Positions 1-9,173 are shown, numbered from the stretch's first letter. The stretch: 64,000 bases of DNA from an uncultured bacterium (GCA_964644695.1 CAZXWN010000012.1:1-64000); one strand, 5' to 3'. Notes: generated from the sequence alone by a model not told the origin. Translations and numbers: made by a program.

Positions 1-40
1 CATTGTTTGAAGAATCAAATAGTAATCTCTATGAATGACG

Positions 41-67
41 GTCATTCCTGCGGAAGCAGGAATCCAG
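41..67. repeat. REP/RPE-like palindromic element half (GTCATTCCTGCGGAAGCAGGAATCCAG)
   Basis: Perfect hairpin ATTCCTGC-GGAA-GCAGGAAT with GTC/CCAG flanks. It matches the widespread GTCATTCCYGCGNAAGCRGGAATCC type of intergenic repeat. Single copy in the window. Confidence 0.6.
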
Positions 68-93
68 TATCTTATCTTTATTCTGAGTCATAA

Positions 94-133
94 CAGGGGT
101 GTTGCATCGGTTTCCAACCGGTGGACACCCCTG
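94..133. terminator. Long intergenic hairpin downstream of the DUF1611 gene (possible terminator or stability hairpin)
   Basis: CAGGGGTGT...ACACCCCTG outer stem with inner CATCGGTT-TCC-AACCGGTG stem. Confidence 0.4.
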
Positions 134-217
134 ATTGTTTTTATAGGGGAAGATACTCTCATACTGGTAAAAGTGCCAGGATGTTCTTTGACAATTAAAT
201 CGGAATATGAGGTAACG

Positions 218-1279
218 CTATAAACCGCAGATTCGGTTCAGAATGGGATCCATTCCAAATCGAATAGGGTCGGTCACGGGTAGATTAAGCTGGGATGATA
301 GTTGAGTAATCAATGATTCCGCCGTATGTGTATCCAGTCTGCTGGTATTTAAGCTTATTCCTGCCCATTGCACCTGGGGTTGATAAACGACAGTCATCAA
401 TTGATAAAGCGTCATCCACTCTTTCATGTGCAACATGGGTAACTCAGGATTTTGATCAATACAAGCCAGCGTCGGGTCATGACACAGGATTAACCAGTGG
501 GGACACGCCCCATGTAATAGTGCCAATGTTAGTGGTGATGCCCCGGGATGAAGTAATGCGCCCTGTCCCTGGACCCAAATCAGTTCGGGTTGGGACTTTG
601 CCAGGTCCTGAACTTCTTTTTCGACACGGCCCGAGAGAAAGTCTCCGGGTACTCGGTCTAATGAAAAACCCGTACCATTTAATAGAATCCCCGTGGTATC
701 TGTTGCTAGGAATTTTGAAGGGATATCCCGTTGGAGTGCGAGATTATATCCTTCATGCGCTGTCAGTAATTTTCCCACCCTGTGATCAGTCCCTACGGTC
801 ATAATGGTGGAGGTGGTTAATTGAGCCGCCTGGTGAGTAGCAATCTGGGAGGTTCCATCCCATTCGCGGATATCCATCCACTTATCGCTATTTTCTTCAT
901 TTATAAAGTCATCACCAACTAAATCGGAAAACAGTGTGTGTTGATTGTTAATGATGAACAACCCCTGATGATGGGCTTCCATTAAGATGTGCCGATATGA
1001 ATCTGGAAGAATACCACCGGTCAGGTCTATCCCAACAATGAGACAATCAGGTTGATATGGCAGGATGTCAGAAAAGGAAGAGAAAATGGGTATCTCTGCA
1101 TGGATTCCCATAGCTGTCTGCAGGGTAGTTCCCGCTCGCATCTTGTCTAAGACAGCAACAATTCGGGTGGTTTGGTATTTCAGGAGAAACCAGGCCGTTC
1201 GTGCAAAATAAGGGTCCGTTAATCCTTCAGTTAAAAGGATGGCTCGTTGGTATGGAAATATTCTTGAGGTTTTCTTCAT
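218..1279 (-). CDS. DUF1611 family protein (DgcN/D-glutamate N-acyltransferase-like, P-loop fold)
   Basis: Motifs TVGTDHRVGK, ATDTTGIL, DFLSGRVE, VQGQGALLHP, LLHGACP, GISLNT and LPVTDPIRFG are typical of DUF1611. Confidence 0.8.
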   Translation of the reverse strand: MKKTSRIFPYQRAILLTEGLTDPYFARTAWFLLKYQTTRIVAVLDKMRAGTTLQTAMGIHAEIPIFSSFSDILPYQPDCLIVGIDLTGGILPDSYRHILMEAHHQGLFIINNQHTLFSDLVGDDFINEENSDKWMDIREWDGTSQIATHQAAQLTTSTIMTVGTDHRVGKLLTAHEGYNLALQRDIPSKFLATDTTGILLNGTGFSLDRVPGDFLSGRVEKEVQDLAKSQPELIWVQGQGALLHPGASPLTLALLHGACPHWLILCHDPTLACIDQNPELPMLHMKEWMTLYQLMTVVYQPQVQWAGISLNTSRLDTHTAESLITQLSSQLNLPVTDPIRFGMDPILNRICGL

Positions 1280-1375
1280 GGTGGATTTTAAGCTACACTA
1301 GTTTAGAATTCTTTGATAATACTCTATCATGGACCCGTGATGAAGTGATGGGATGACTGTGCCTGGGAGGCTGTT

Positions 1376-3358
1376 TTGAAAAACTGGATTGATAAACACC
1401 CATCTATATGGATGTGGCTGGCAGGTGCTTTTGCCGGACTTATATATTGGATTTGTTGCCCGACTACGGTGACTTTTGGAGATAGTGGAGATTTTATTAC
1501 CGCGGCCTGGTGTGGTTGGTTTCCGCATCCTCCCGGATATCCTGCTTATACCATTATTGCCCGGTTGTTTGCCTTGCTTCCATTACCGGGTGAAGTGGCC
1601 TGGAAGGTTAATCTTTCCTCTGTTTTGTTTATGGCCTGTACCGTAGGGCTTATGGTACGGTTTTCTATCCGGTTGATTGGTCACCTTTTCCCAGAAGCAA
1701 AAGATAATGATTTAGGACGGTTTCTGATTGGACTGACCTCTCTGGGGGGAGCTCTGGTATTTGCTTTTCATAACGCCACATGGTCCCAGGCAATCATTGC
1801 CGAAGTCCATGCACTGAATGCCTTTTTGTTGATTGTGATGTTAAATCTGATTTTGGAATACTTTCAGAATCAGGATGATCGTTTATGGTGGGCAGGCAGT
1901 TTGATTTGGGGATTTAGTCTCGGAGTTCATCAGTCAGGTGTCTTATACCTTCTTCCTCTAGCACTGGCTTTGTGGCTGAGTGGACATTGGAGAAATGTAA
2001 CAAAGCCCAGGGTAATGATTACTTCTGTTGCATTGGTTTTATTAGGTTTTACAGTTCATTTGTGGCTCCCTTTAGTAAGTTTGCGGTTGCCCGTTGTGGA
2101 GTGGGGCTATGCTAACTATTGGAAGGGTTTTAAGGATATCCTTTTACGAGCGGATTATGCGCCTTTTGTTTGGAGCAGATCTGGGAATGTTTTGTTTAAT
2201 CAAATCTCCACTGCTGTTTGGATGTGGCTATTTGGCCAGGCTAACACAATTGGAGCTATCCTTTCTGGCATGGCGGGTGGTTTGTTCTTCATTGCTGGAG
2301 GATTGATGGTGATGAAGAGAGACCGGGTGGTTGGTTCTCTTTTGATTGGAATGGCATTGTTAGTAGCAGCCTTCTTTATTGCATCCAACAATCATTCCAT
2401 GGCCCGCCAACTCTCTCTGGAAACCCGTGATGTGTTCTTTATCCCGGCCTATCTGATTTATGGGTTGTGCTGGTCTGTTGGGATTTTTAGTATTGTTTAT
2501 CTGATTGCAGAGAATTATCAGGAACAAAGTCCTGCCATTAATACGGTGGGATATATTGTGGTATTATTCCTGGTTTTGATTAGCTGCCTGGTTCAATTCC
2601 CCCGGCATTATGAAAAGAACAACAGGCTTGCCAGCGAGTTTGGTCAGTTTATACTGGATACGATGGAAAAAGATGCTCTATACGTTGGCGATGATGATTT
2701 GCATCTATTTCCGGTGTGGTATCAACAACAAGTATTGGGTTATCGCAAAGATGTTCAAGTATGTTCCCGGACCTCTTTCTATAAGCATTATTACTATCTG
2801 GGGTTAAGAAATCGGAATATAAAACTGCCAGCATACAACTCAAAAGATGTCCCTCGTCATGACCCAAAGGCCGGCGACGTTTATTTGAATAAACAGATGT
2901 TTAGTCTTCTTAAAATGAACTTGGACCGACATCCAGCCTACTTTTATCAGAAGTATAGTTTTGTGCCGGATACGACAGTCTCTTTGTTTTTGCAGGGGAT
3001 TTTATATCGCGTAACTACAACACAGGTGTTTGGCCAAGTATCTACATCCGAGGGAAAATACCTTTCGCCTGCCAATTCGGTTACGATTCCAGAAATAGAC
3101 CCACTCCAGCAGGATCAGTGGGATTTTTGGCAGTCTTGGGCAGTGAAACGGTATGCTGATTATTATCGCCGTGAAGCACAAAGAAAAGTGTATGAAGCTC
3201 GTTATGATGAAGCCGAATCTATGTTTAAACAGGCTATAATGTGGGATACTTTAAATAGTCAAAATTATGCGGACTTGGGGCGATTTTACCTGCAACAGAA
3301 TAAAATGGCACCTGCCTTTGAGTGTTTCAAGCTTGCAAGGCAATACGAAAAGAAGTGA
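1376..3358 (+). CDS. DUF2723/TMEM260-like GT-C membrane glycosyltransferase with C-terminal TPR
   Basis: GDSGDFITAA, HPPGYPAY and WSQAIIAEVHALN motifs, many TM helices, C-terminal TPR-like helices. TTG start preceded by GGGAGG. Confidence 0.8.
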   Translation: MKNWIDKHPSIWMWLAGAFAGLIYWICCPTTVTFGDSGDFITAAWCGWFPHPPGYPAYTIIARLFALLPLPGEVAWKVNLSSVLFMACTVGLMVRFSIRLIGHLFPEAKDNDLGRFLIGLTSLGGALVFAFHNATWSQAIIAEVHALNAFLLIVMLNLILEYFQNQDDRLWWAGSLIWGFSLGVHQSGVLYLLPLALALWLSGHWRNVTKPRVMITSVALVLLGFTVHLWLPLVSLRLPVVEWGYANYWKGFKDILLRADYAPFVWSRSGNVLFNQISTAVWMWLFGQANTIGAILSGMAGGLFFIAGGLMVMKRDRVVGSLLIGMALLVAAFFIASNNHSMARQLSLETRDVFFIPAYLIYGLCWSVGIFSIVYLIAENYQEQSPAINTVGYIVVLFLVLISCLVQFPRHYEKNNRLASEFGQFILDTMEKDALYVGDDDLHLFPVWYQQQVLGYRKDVQVCSRTSFYKHYYYLGLRNRNIKLPAYNSKDVPRHDPKAGDVYLNKQMFSLLKMNLDRHPAYFYQKYSFVPDTTVSLFLQGILYRVTTTQVFGQVSTSEGKYLSPANSVTIPEIDPLQQDQWDFWQSWAVKRYADYYRREAQRKVYEARYDEAESMFKQAIMWDTLNSQNYADLGRFYLQQNKMAPAFECFKLARQYEKK

Positions 3359-3361
3359 AAC

Positions 3362-3751
3362 TTAAATATTTCCTAACTTATGCGTTGAAAATTCTGGGTT
3401 TACCGGTTCATAATTGGGGCACATTACTTCTTCGCTGATTTTACCTGAGCTTTGTTTCGCTGTACCAATTACATAATCATCATCTGTTGAGGGACAGTGA
3501 ACAAAATTCGGTATCCTTACATAGGCCTGTAAATCATCAATATTATATATGTCATTACCAGTTTTTTTGTTTTCAATAGCATATTGTGCTCTGGCATCTT
3601 CAAGAATCCTCAAATTGTTTACACAGGCCTTGGCTGTAGATTGTACACGACTACGAAGATAATAAGGTATAGCGATAACAGCGAGTATCCCAATAATACC
3701 CACCACTATCATGATTTCCACTAGAGTAAATCCCTTGGAATTATTCATCAC
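3362..3751 (-). CDS. Type IV pilin (second copy, probably minor)
   Basis: Class III signal KG|FTLVEIMIVV with E5 and P22. Paralogous to the upstream pilin. Confidence 0.9.
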   Translation of the reverse strand: MMNNSKGFTLVEIMIVVGIIGILAVIAIPYYLRSRVQSTAKACVNNLRILEDARAQYAIENKKTGNDIYNIDDLQAYVRIPNFVHCPSTDDDYVIGTAKQSSGKISEEVMCPNYEPVNPEFSTHKLGNI

Positions 3752-3761
3752 ATTTGCCCTT

Positions 3762-3812
3762 AAAAAAGAATGGCGTCTTAATAAGTTAGTAGTAACTTCT
3801 CAAGACGCCATT
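3762..3812 (-). terminator. Intrinsic terminator between the two pilin genes
   Basis: Inverted repeat AATGGCGTCTT/AAGACGCCATT followed on the minus strand by CTTTTTT. Confidence 0.75.
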
Positions 3813-3830
3813 GAGTTAATCCTAAATTGA

Positions 3831-4190
3831 TTATGGATACTGGTGACCAGAGAATTCCGGATCAGCATCATCCTGATTATCGCATGTAACAGGACCTGCC
3901 ACAGAGCTAATATCGTAAGCAGTCGCATTTGCTGGGCAACTGAAGGAATTAACTGTGTCTCTCATGTATGGAATGAGATCATCCGAAGTTGGTGTAGAAG
4001 TTCCATCTTTCTTGTTTTCCAATGCCCACTGCTGTTTAGCACCATCAATCTGTTTCAGATTGTTGACGCAGGCTTTGGTGGTGGCCTGGATTCTTGCCCG
4101 AATGAAATTCGGGATGGCGATAGCTGCCAGAATACCGATAATAGCCACAACGATCATGATTTCTACGAGAGTAAAACCTTTTTTATTCAT
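3831..4190 (-). CDS. pilA: Type IV pilin, probable major pilin
   Basis: MNKKG|FTLVEIMIVVAIIGILAAIAIPNF. ATG at 4190 follows GGAGGG. First gene after the sigma54 promoter and downstream of pilSR. Confidence 0.85.
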   Translation of the reverse strand: MNKKGFTLVEIMIVVAIIGILAAIAIPNFIRARIQATTKACVNNLKQIDGAKQQWALENKKDGTSTPTSDDLIPYMRDTVNSFSCPANATAYDISSVAGPVTCDNQDDADPEFSGHQYP

Positions 4191-4254
4191 TTTATATTCC
4201 CTCCCTTCCATATTTGTTTTTAATCTTTTTTCACTTTCGACATTTCATATTGAA

Positions 4255-4270
4255 AGCAAAGATTGTGCCA
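4255..4270 (-). promoter_or_regulatory. Sigma54 (-24/-12) promoter of the pilin genes
   Basis: Minus strand reads TGGCACAATCTTTGCT, matching TGGCAC-N5-TTGCW. It lies about 65 bp upstream of pilA, next to an NtrC-family activator gene. Confidence 0.9.
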
Positions 4271-4428
4271 GGTTGCCTGGCTAATAGAATAATATAAGAT
4301 AACGCCTTATTTATCAAGTGTTTTGAAAATTATTCTGCAAAGAAAGTTAATACAAATGGGTGTTTGGATGTGTATATGCGTATACATATTGTTTACTTTA
4401 CTTAACAGAAACGGATGGGATGTGGCTT

Positions 4429-5814
4429 CTAATAATCCATGAGCTGGTACTTAGTTAATTTATCGTAGAGGCCTTTTCGGCTTAACCCCAATTGCTTAGC
4501 GGTTGCCGTACGATTACCATGACAATCCTGAAGAGCTTTCATAATCAATCGTTTTTCTGTCTCAGCAGTCATGTTTGTGATGTGATTTGAAAGGGAAGAG
4601 CCTGGTTCAATATCAAGCTCATTGTTTGTTCTTACATTATTTATGGATTGAGTGGGTAACCCTACTGGAAGAAGATCTTCCGTAAGCACATCTGTCGAAG
4701 CTAATGCCACAGAGCGTTGTATAAAATTCTCAAATTCGCGGACATTCCCGGGCCATGTATATGTATTTAAAAAATGCATTACTTCAGGAGAAACTCTGGA
4801 TACAGATTTGTGAAACTTCTTGTTATAGATTTTCAGGAAATGATCCAAAAGAAGAGTAATGTCACCCGGACGTTCCCTTAATGGAGGAATGAAGATGGGG
4901 ATAACATTTAATCTGAAATAAAGGTCTTCCCTAAAACGCTTTTCATTTACAGCTTTTACGAGGTCTTGATTCGTTGCGGCGACAACTCGGATATCCACCT
5001 TAATTGCTTGACGACCACCGACGCGTTCAAATTCTCTTTCCTGTAAGATACGGAGTAGTTTTGCCTGGGTTGACAGAGCCATGTCACCAATTTCATCCAG
5101 AAGAATGGTGCCCCCTTGTGCCTGTTCAAATTTCCCCACATGCCTATCTGTTGCACCAGTGAAAGCCCCACGTTCGTGTCCAAATAATTCTGATTCGAGC
5201 AGTCCTTCCGGGATGGCAACACAGTTCATTTTAACAAAGGGTTTTTGAGCACGTTTACTGGAAAAATGGATAGCCTGAGATACAAGTTCTTTTCCTGTAC
5301 CACTTTCACCAACAACAAGAACTGTAACATCCAGTTCTGCGACCTGCTTAATAAGGCGGAACACTTCTTGCATTCGGGGACTCTGTCCCACTAGGTTTGA
5401 AAAACTCAATTCTGGACGTTGAAGCGCTTCTAACTCTCTGGTTAATCGGCTTTTTTCAATGGCACGACGTACAACAACTCTCAATTCATTAATATCAAAA
5501 GGTTTGTTGAAAAAATCATATGCTCCGGCATTAAGTGCTTGATAAGCTTTTTCACGATTTCCATGGGCGGTGACCATTAAAACAACAGAATTCGTTGATA
5601 TTTCACGGATTTGCAGTAAGGTTTCCATGCCATCCATCTTAGGCATTTTTAAGTCAAGGATAATGACATCAAAAGGTACCTGCCGGATCTTCTCAAGAGC
5701 TTTAAATCCGTTATCAGCTGTATCTATCAGACATTCCTCATGTTTCAGAATCTCTGACAAGGTGAATCGCATATTTTCTTCATCATCAACAATCAGAATT
5801 CGCGGCAGAGGCAC
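4429..5814 (-). CDS. pilR: Sigma54-dependent response regulator (REC-AAA+-Fis HTH), PilR-like
   Basis: ILIVDDE and DLKMP receiver, GESGTGKE Walker A, GAFTGA loop, LLDEIGDM, WPGNVRE, C-terminal HTH. Sits upstream of the pilins. Confidence 0.85.
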   Translation of the reverse strand: MPLPRILIVDDEENMRFTLSEILKHEECLIDTADNGFKALEKIRQVPFDVIILDLKMPKMDGMETLLQIREISTNSVVLMVTAHGNREKAYQALNAGAYDFFNKPFDINELRVVVRRAIEKSRLTRELEALQRPELSFSNLVGQSPRMQEVFRLIKQVAELDVTVLVVGESGTGKELVSQAIHFSSKRAQKPFVKMNCVAIPEGLLESELFGHERGAFTGATDRHVGKFEQAQGGTILLDEIGDMALSTQAKLLRILQEREFERVGGRQAIKVDIRVVAATNQDLVKAVNEKRFREDLYFRLNVIPIFIPPLRERPGDITLLLDHFLKIYNKKFHKSVSRVSPEVMHFLNTYTWPGNVREFENFIQRSVALASTDVLTEDLLPVGLPTQSINNVRTNNELDIEPGSSLSNHITNMTAETEKRLIMKALQDCHGNRTATAKQLGLSRKGLYDKLTKYQLMDY

Positions 5815-7393
5815 TGTCAGGCTCCTTTGATGTCACATCATTAATCATCGGCAGGGTGATTCGAAATACTGTGGGCTGGTTTGGTTGGCTTGTCACCTCA
5901 ATCATTCCGCTGTGGGCAGCAATAATTTGATGTGTGATAGCCAGTCCAAGCCCTGTACCTGCTGTTTTAGTTGTGTAAAATGGGTCAAATATCTGTTCGA
6001 TTTTATCTGGCGTAATCAATGATCCGGTATTACTGATTTCAATAATAACCCGCCCTTTTGATGTGCTGGGAATTTCACCTGGAATCGATTTGTAAAGGCT
6101 TTGTACTGTAATGGTTTGTGGAATATTATCGTTATTTTCCAAAATAGCCTCAACAGCATTTCTCAGCACATTTAAAAAAGCCTGAAACAGTTTACCATGT
6201 TCTCCCCAAAACAAGGGTATGTCGGGTGCGAGTTTTTCAATCACTTCAATAGTATCAGGATAATTTTTATCATGTTTAAGAATTTCAATGGCATCTTGGA
6301 TTGTTTTATTAATAGAACTTTTCGAGTTTCCGCCCTCCGTAACACGAGAAAAGGAAAGTAGTTCTTCAACAATCAGATTAAGACGATCGACTTCTTTAAT
6401 AATAACCTGGGTGTATTGCCGTTTTGGATCGTCCGGTTGAAAATCTTCTTGTATTAACTGAGTCAGTCCTTTCATAGATCCCAGTGGATTCCTGATTTCG
6501 TGGGCTAAGCCTGTTGCCAGAGTACCAATTGCTGCTAAACGGTCAGAGCGTTGGAGTTGTTGATGTATCATCTTGACGCGTGTCAAATCCTTGAATGTGG
6601 CAATAATTCCCAGCGTATTTCCACTTTTTTCTTTTAGGAAAGAAATCGATATTCCAATAGGAATTGTTTTTTGATGTTTGGTATGAATGGTCATTTCCTC
6701 AGAGGAAAATGTCTGAGAATTTTGCAGTGATAATCGGAAAATTTCTCTAACTCTGTGATTTTCCTTTATATCTGGGAATGTATCGAAAATTGATTTTCCC
6801 ACCAAATCTTTCTCAGATAATTCCAATGCTGACTCCGCTGTTTTATTGGCAGTCGTAATGATTCCTCTTGTATCCAGGGTTAATACTCCACCTGCCAGAC
6901 TCTCCAGAATATACTTATTTCTTTCATGGACATACTGCTGAAGACTGCTGAGCATTTGATTGTAACTATCCTGAAGTTTCCCTATTTCTTCATGGACTGG
7001 CAGGTCAACTTGGGTTTTGTCAAAAGAGGGTGTATGACTGACTTGTTGCAACATTTCAGTGATTTGTTTGAGTGGTCGGACAATTACATAACTTAATCCC
7101 AATCCCGCAAAACCGGCTAATAATGTGGCTATTAGAAGATAAACATATTGAATAAATAAAATATCAGCCTGATTTTCAGGTTTAATTTTCAGGACTTGCA
7201 GGTTGTAGTTAAATATTTGGATTAAGATGATTCCGGATAGCAGTACTAACAGACAGGTGAGAATCGGTGCTGCAAACATCAACCGCACCTGCCATTTTTT
7301 TCGATGCAGCCCCACATCAGATTGGGTTAGTCTTTTGTTTTGGTCTGGCCCTTTAGGATCTGGGGTATTATTTTTTATTTTGGGATATACCAT
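5786..7393 (-). CDS. pilS: Membrane sensor histidine kinase (2 TM-HAMP-PAS-HisKA-HATPase), PilS/NtrB-like
   Basis: AHEIRNPL H-box, NVLRNAVEA N-box, FDPFYTTK and GTGLGL. Overlaps pilR. The symbol is assigned from context. Confidence 0.75.
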   Translation of the reverse strand: MVYPKIKNNTPDPKGPDQNKRLTQSDVGLHRKKWQVRLMFAAPILTCLLVLLSGIILIQIFNYNLQVLKIKPENQADILFIQYVYLLIATLLAGFAGLGLSYVIVRPLKQITEMLQQVSHTPSFDKTQVDLPVHEEIGKLQDSYNQMLSSLQQYVHERNKYILESLAGGVLTLDTRGIITTANKTAESALELSEKDLVGKSIFDTFPDIKENHRVREIFRLSLQNSQTFSSEEMTIHTKHQKTIPIGISISFLKEKSGNTLGIIATFKDLTRVKMIHQQLQRSDRLAAIGTLATGLAHEIRNPLGSMKGLTQLIQEDFQPDDPKRQYTQVIIKEVDRLNLIVEELLSFSRVTEGGNSKSSINKTIQDAIEILKHDKNYPDTIEVIEKLAPDIPLFWGEHGKLFQAFLNVLRNAVEAILENNDNIPQTITVQSLYKSIPGEIPSTSKGRVIIEISNTGSLITPDKIEQIFDPFYTTKTAGTGLGLAITHQIIAAHSGMIEVTSQPNQPTVFRITLPMINDVTSKEPDSASAANSDC

Positions 7394-8156
7394 TTTTTGT
7401 TTTTGATGCCATTTCGGCGGTTAAAGCAGATAACCTGCTGTCGGCGGTTTTTGAATGAGGATCTATTTTTAATGCAGATACTTCCTTCCAAACTTGAATG
7501 GCGTCAGAAATATTTTGTGTACTTTCCAGTGAAAAGGCTAAATATTCCAGAGTAATTGCACGGTCGCGATCATCCATTTTCATGCAGGTTGATTGTGCAA
7601 ACAGTTCTTGAGCTTTAGTGAAATCATGAAGTTGATGAAAGTACAGTTTACCCATATCAGAATATAACTCATATTTATCTGGATTTTGGTCAATACCTTC
7701 CTGTAAAAATGTGATTGCCGTTGTGGTTTGATCTAACTTTTTGTAAAGCCACCATGACCCCACCTCGTAAGCATTAATAAATTGAGGGTCCAAATCTGTG
7801 ATGATTCGAATCAAAGGCATAAACTGGGTGGTTGGTTTACGTCTGGAATCTAAAGGTTTTCTGCCTTCAATGTGTTCCGGATGCCCGGGATGAATCAATT
7901 CATGCTCTTCAGGCGTGACATTGGCATGGAAATAATCTTCAACTTTCAGCCAAAGAACATTGGCCAGAGTGATTCGGATTTCTCTGAACACTCCGGCCGC
8001 AATTGTTTGGGTGTTTAGAGGTTTTAATTGGCTGTGATGATGATGTCCTTCCAGGCCTTCTCTTTGATGACTAATATAGATGGAGAGGGACCAAATAACA
8101 GCAATCAGCACAATTACCAGAATCCAAAACCCCCACTTTTGTTTGAGAGGTTTCAT
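7368..8156 (-). CDS. Membrane-anchored His-rich TPR protein
   Basis: N-terminal TM helix, HHHH and HELIHPGHPEH segments, ITDLDPQF and TPR-like helices. Start uncertain (8156 ATG or 8174 GTG). Confidence 0.7.
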   Translation of the reverse strand: MKPLKQKWGFWILVIVLIAVIWSLSIYISHQREGLEGHHHHSQLKPLNTQTIAAGVFREIRITLANVLWLKVEDYFHANVTPEEHELIHPGHPEHIEGRKPLDSRRKPTTQFMPLIRIITDLDPQFINAYEVGSWWLYKKLDQTTTAITFLQEGIDQNPDKYELYSDMGKLYFHQLHDFTKAQELFAQSTCMKMDDRDRAITLEYLAFSLESTQNISDAIQVWKEVSALKIDPHSKTADSRLSALTAEMASKTKNGISQNKK

Positions 8157-8221
8157 GGTTTTTGTTAGGAACACTCTAAGCGTCCTTTATAACCCTTTCG
8201 TGATTAATTGTATATTAAAAA

Positions 8222-8530
8222 TCATGGCAATTGAATCTGGACGGTGTTGTTTCTCAGACGGACAGGATATGACTGTATTCCCATATTAGGATACAGAGGT
8301 GATTTCCCATCTGTCAGATTAAAACTCCATCCATGCCAGGGACAATGAATCCTACTATCTTGAAGATAACCCTCACTTAAATCCCCTCCTGCATGTGGAC
8401 AAATGCTATCCAGCGCATAAATGACTCCTGAATAATTAACAAGCAGGATGTCCTTACCGGCAGCGGAAACTTTCAGGATGTTTCCTTCAGGAATATCGTC
8501 AATCAAAGCGATTGTAATATACTCACTCAT
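8222..8530 (-). CDS. Rieske [2Fe-2S] ferredoxin
   Basis: CPHAG...CPWHGWSF Rieske motifs. ATG at 8530 overlaps the DUF309 stop. Confidence 0.9.
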   Translation of the reverse strand: MSEYITIALIDDIPEGNILKVSAAGKDILLVNYSGVIYALDSICPHAGGDLSEGYLQDSRIHCPWHGWSFNLTDGKSPLYPNMGIQSYPVRLRNNTVQIQLP

Positions 8531-9173
8531 AGATAGTGTCCTGTAATCTAAATTCAATATGAGGAAGCGCAATTTGTTCGGAATGGAAATCGGCCGCATC
8601 TTCTGCGGTATGAAGAACTCCAAGACATTGTTCAATATGAATTATAAAATCCTTTATGCAGATATGAAAATAAACAGGAGGATATTCTTTTAACTTCATG
8701 TTTCCCGCATCCAATAAAGTGATGGCACCCAGAATATTCTTTTGTTTTAGATGATAGAATCCAACCGCAATCTGTATAAAACCCTGATAAAATCGACGAG
8801 GTACTCCCGTTTCTTCAAGCCATAACTTTTCCAAAACTTCGTGAGTCTCGAAGAATAATCCTTCATTGAAGAGTAGTGTCGCTTTCCACACCATATCTTC
8901 AGCGGAAGTCAAACCCCTCGAAAATGAAATGGTTTTGAGCTGGTGTAGGACATTCATTCCCGACTGACTGTTTTTCCATAGATAATCAATATCCTCTGAA
9001 GTTAACGGTATAGTCTCAAATCCTGAAAAGGGTATTTTCTGAGGTTGATGTCCTGGGGATTCATGCAGGTGTCCTAAATATTCACAGACCTTATTAAAAG
9101 CAGGTAAGTTTTCTGGATGTTCTAAGGTGGTGAGAAACAATTCTGCCCAGGCATTGCGGATATCCAGATTCAT
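8523..9173 (-). CDS. DUF309 domain protein
   Basis: LFNEGLFFETHEVLEKLW and FYQGFIQIAVGFYH are DUF309 signatures. Confidence 0.8.
   Translation of the reverse strand: MNLDIRNAWAELFLTTLEHPENLPAFNKVCEYLGHLHESPGHQPQKIPFSGFETIPLTSEDIDYLWKNSQSGMNVLHQLKTISFSRGLTSAEDMVWKATLLFNEGLFFETHEVLEKLWLEETGVPRRFYQGFIQIAVGFYHLKQKNILGAITLLDAGNMKLKEYPPVYFHICIKDFIIHIEQCLGVLHTAEDAADFHSEQIALPHIEFRLQDTIYE

Noticed and set aside
313-804. 163-aa plus-strand ORF and the many other short ORFs overlapping called genes
   Set aside because: They lie antisense or out of frame within well-supported genes and show no independent motifs.
3831-4190. Geobacter-type conductive e-pilin
   Set aside because: The mature pilin is 114 aa with about 8 F/W/Y residues (7%), and is not a short aromatic-dense pilin.
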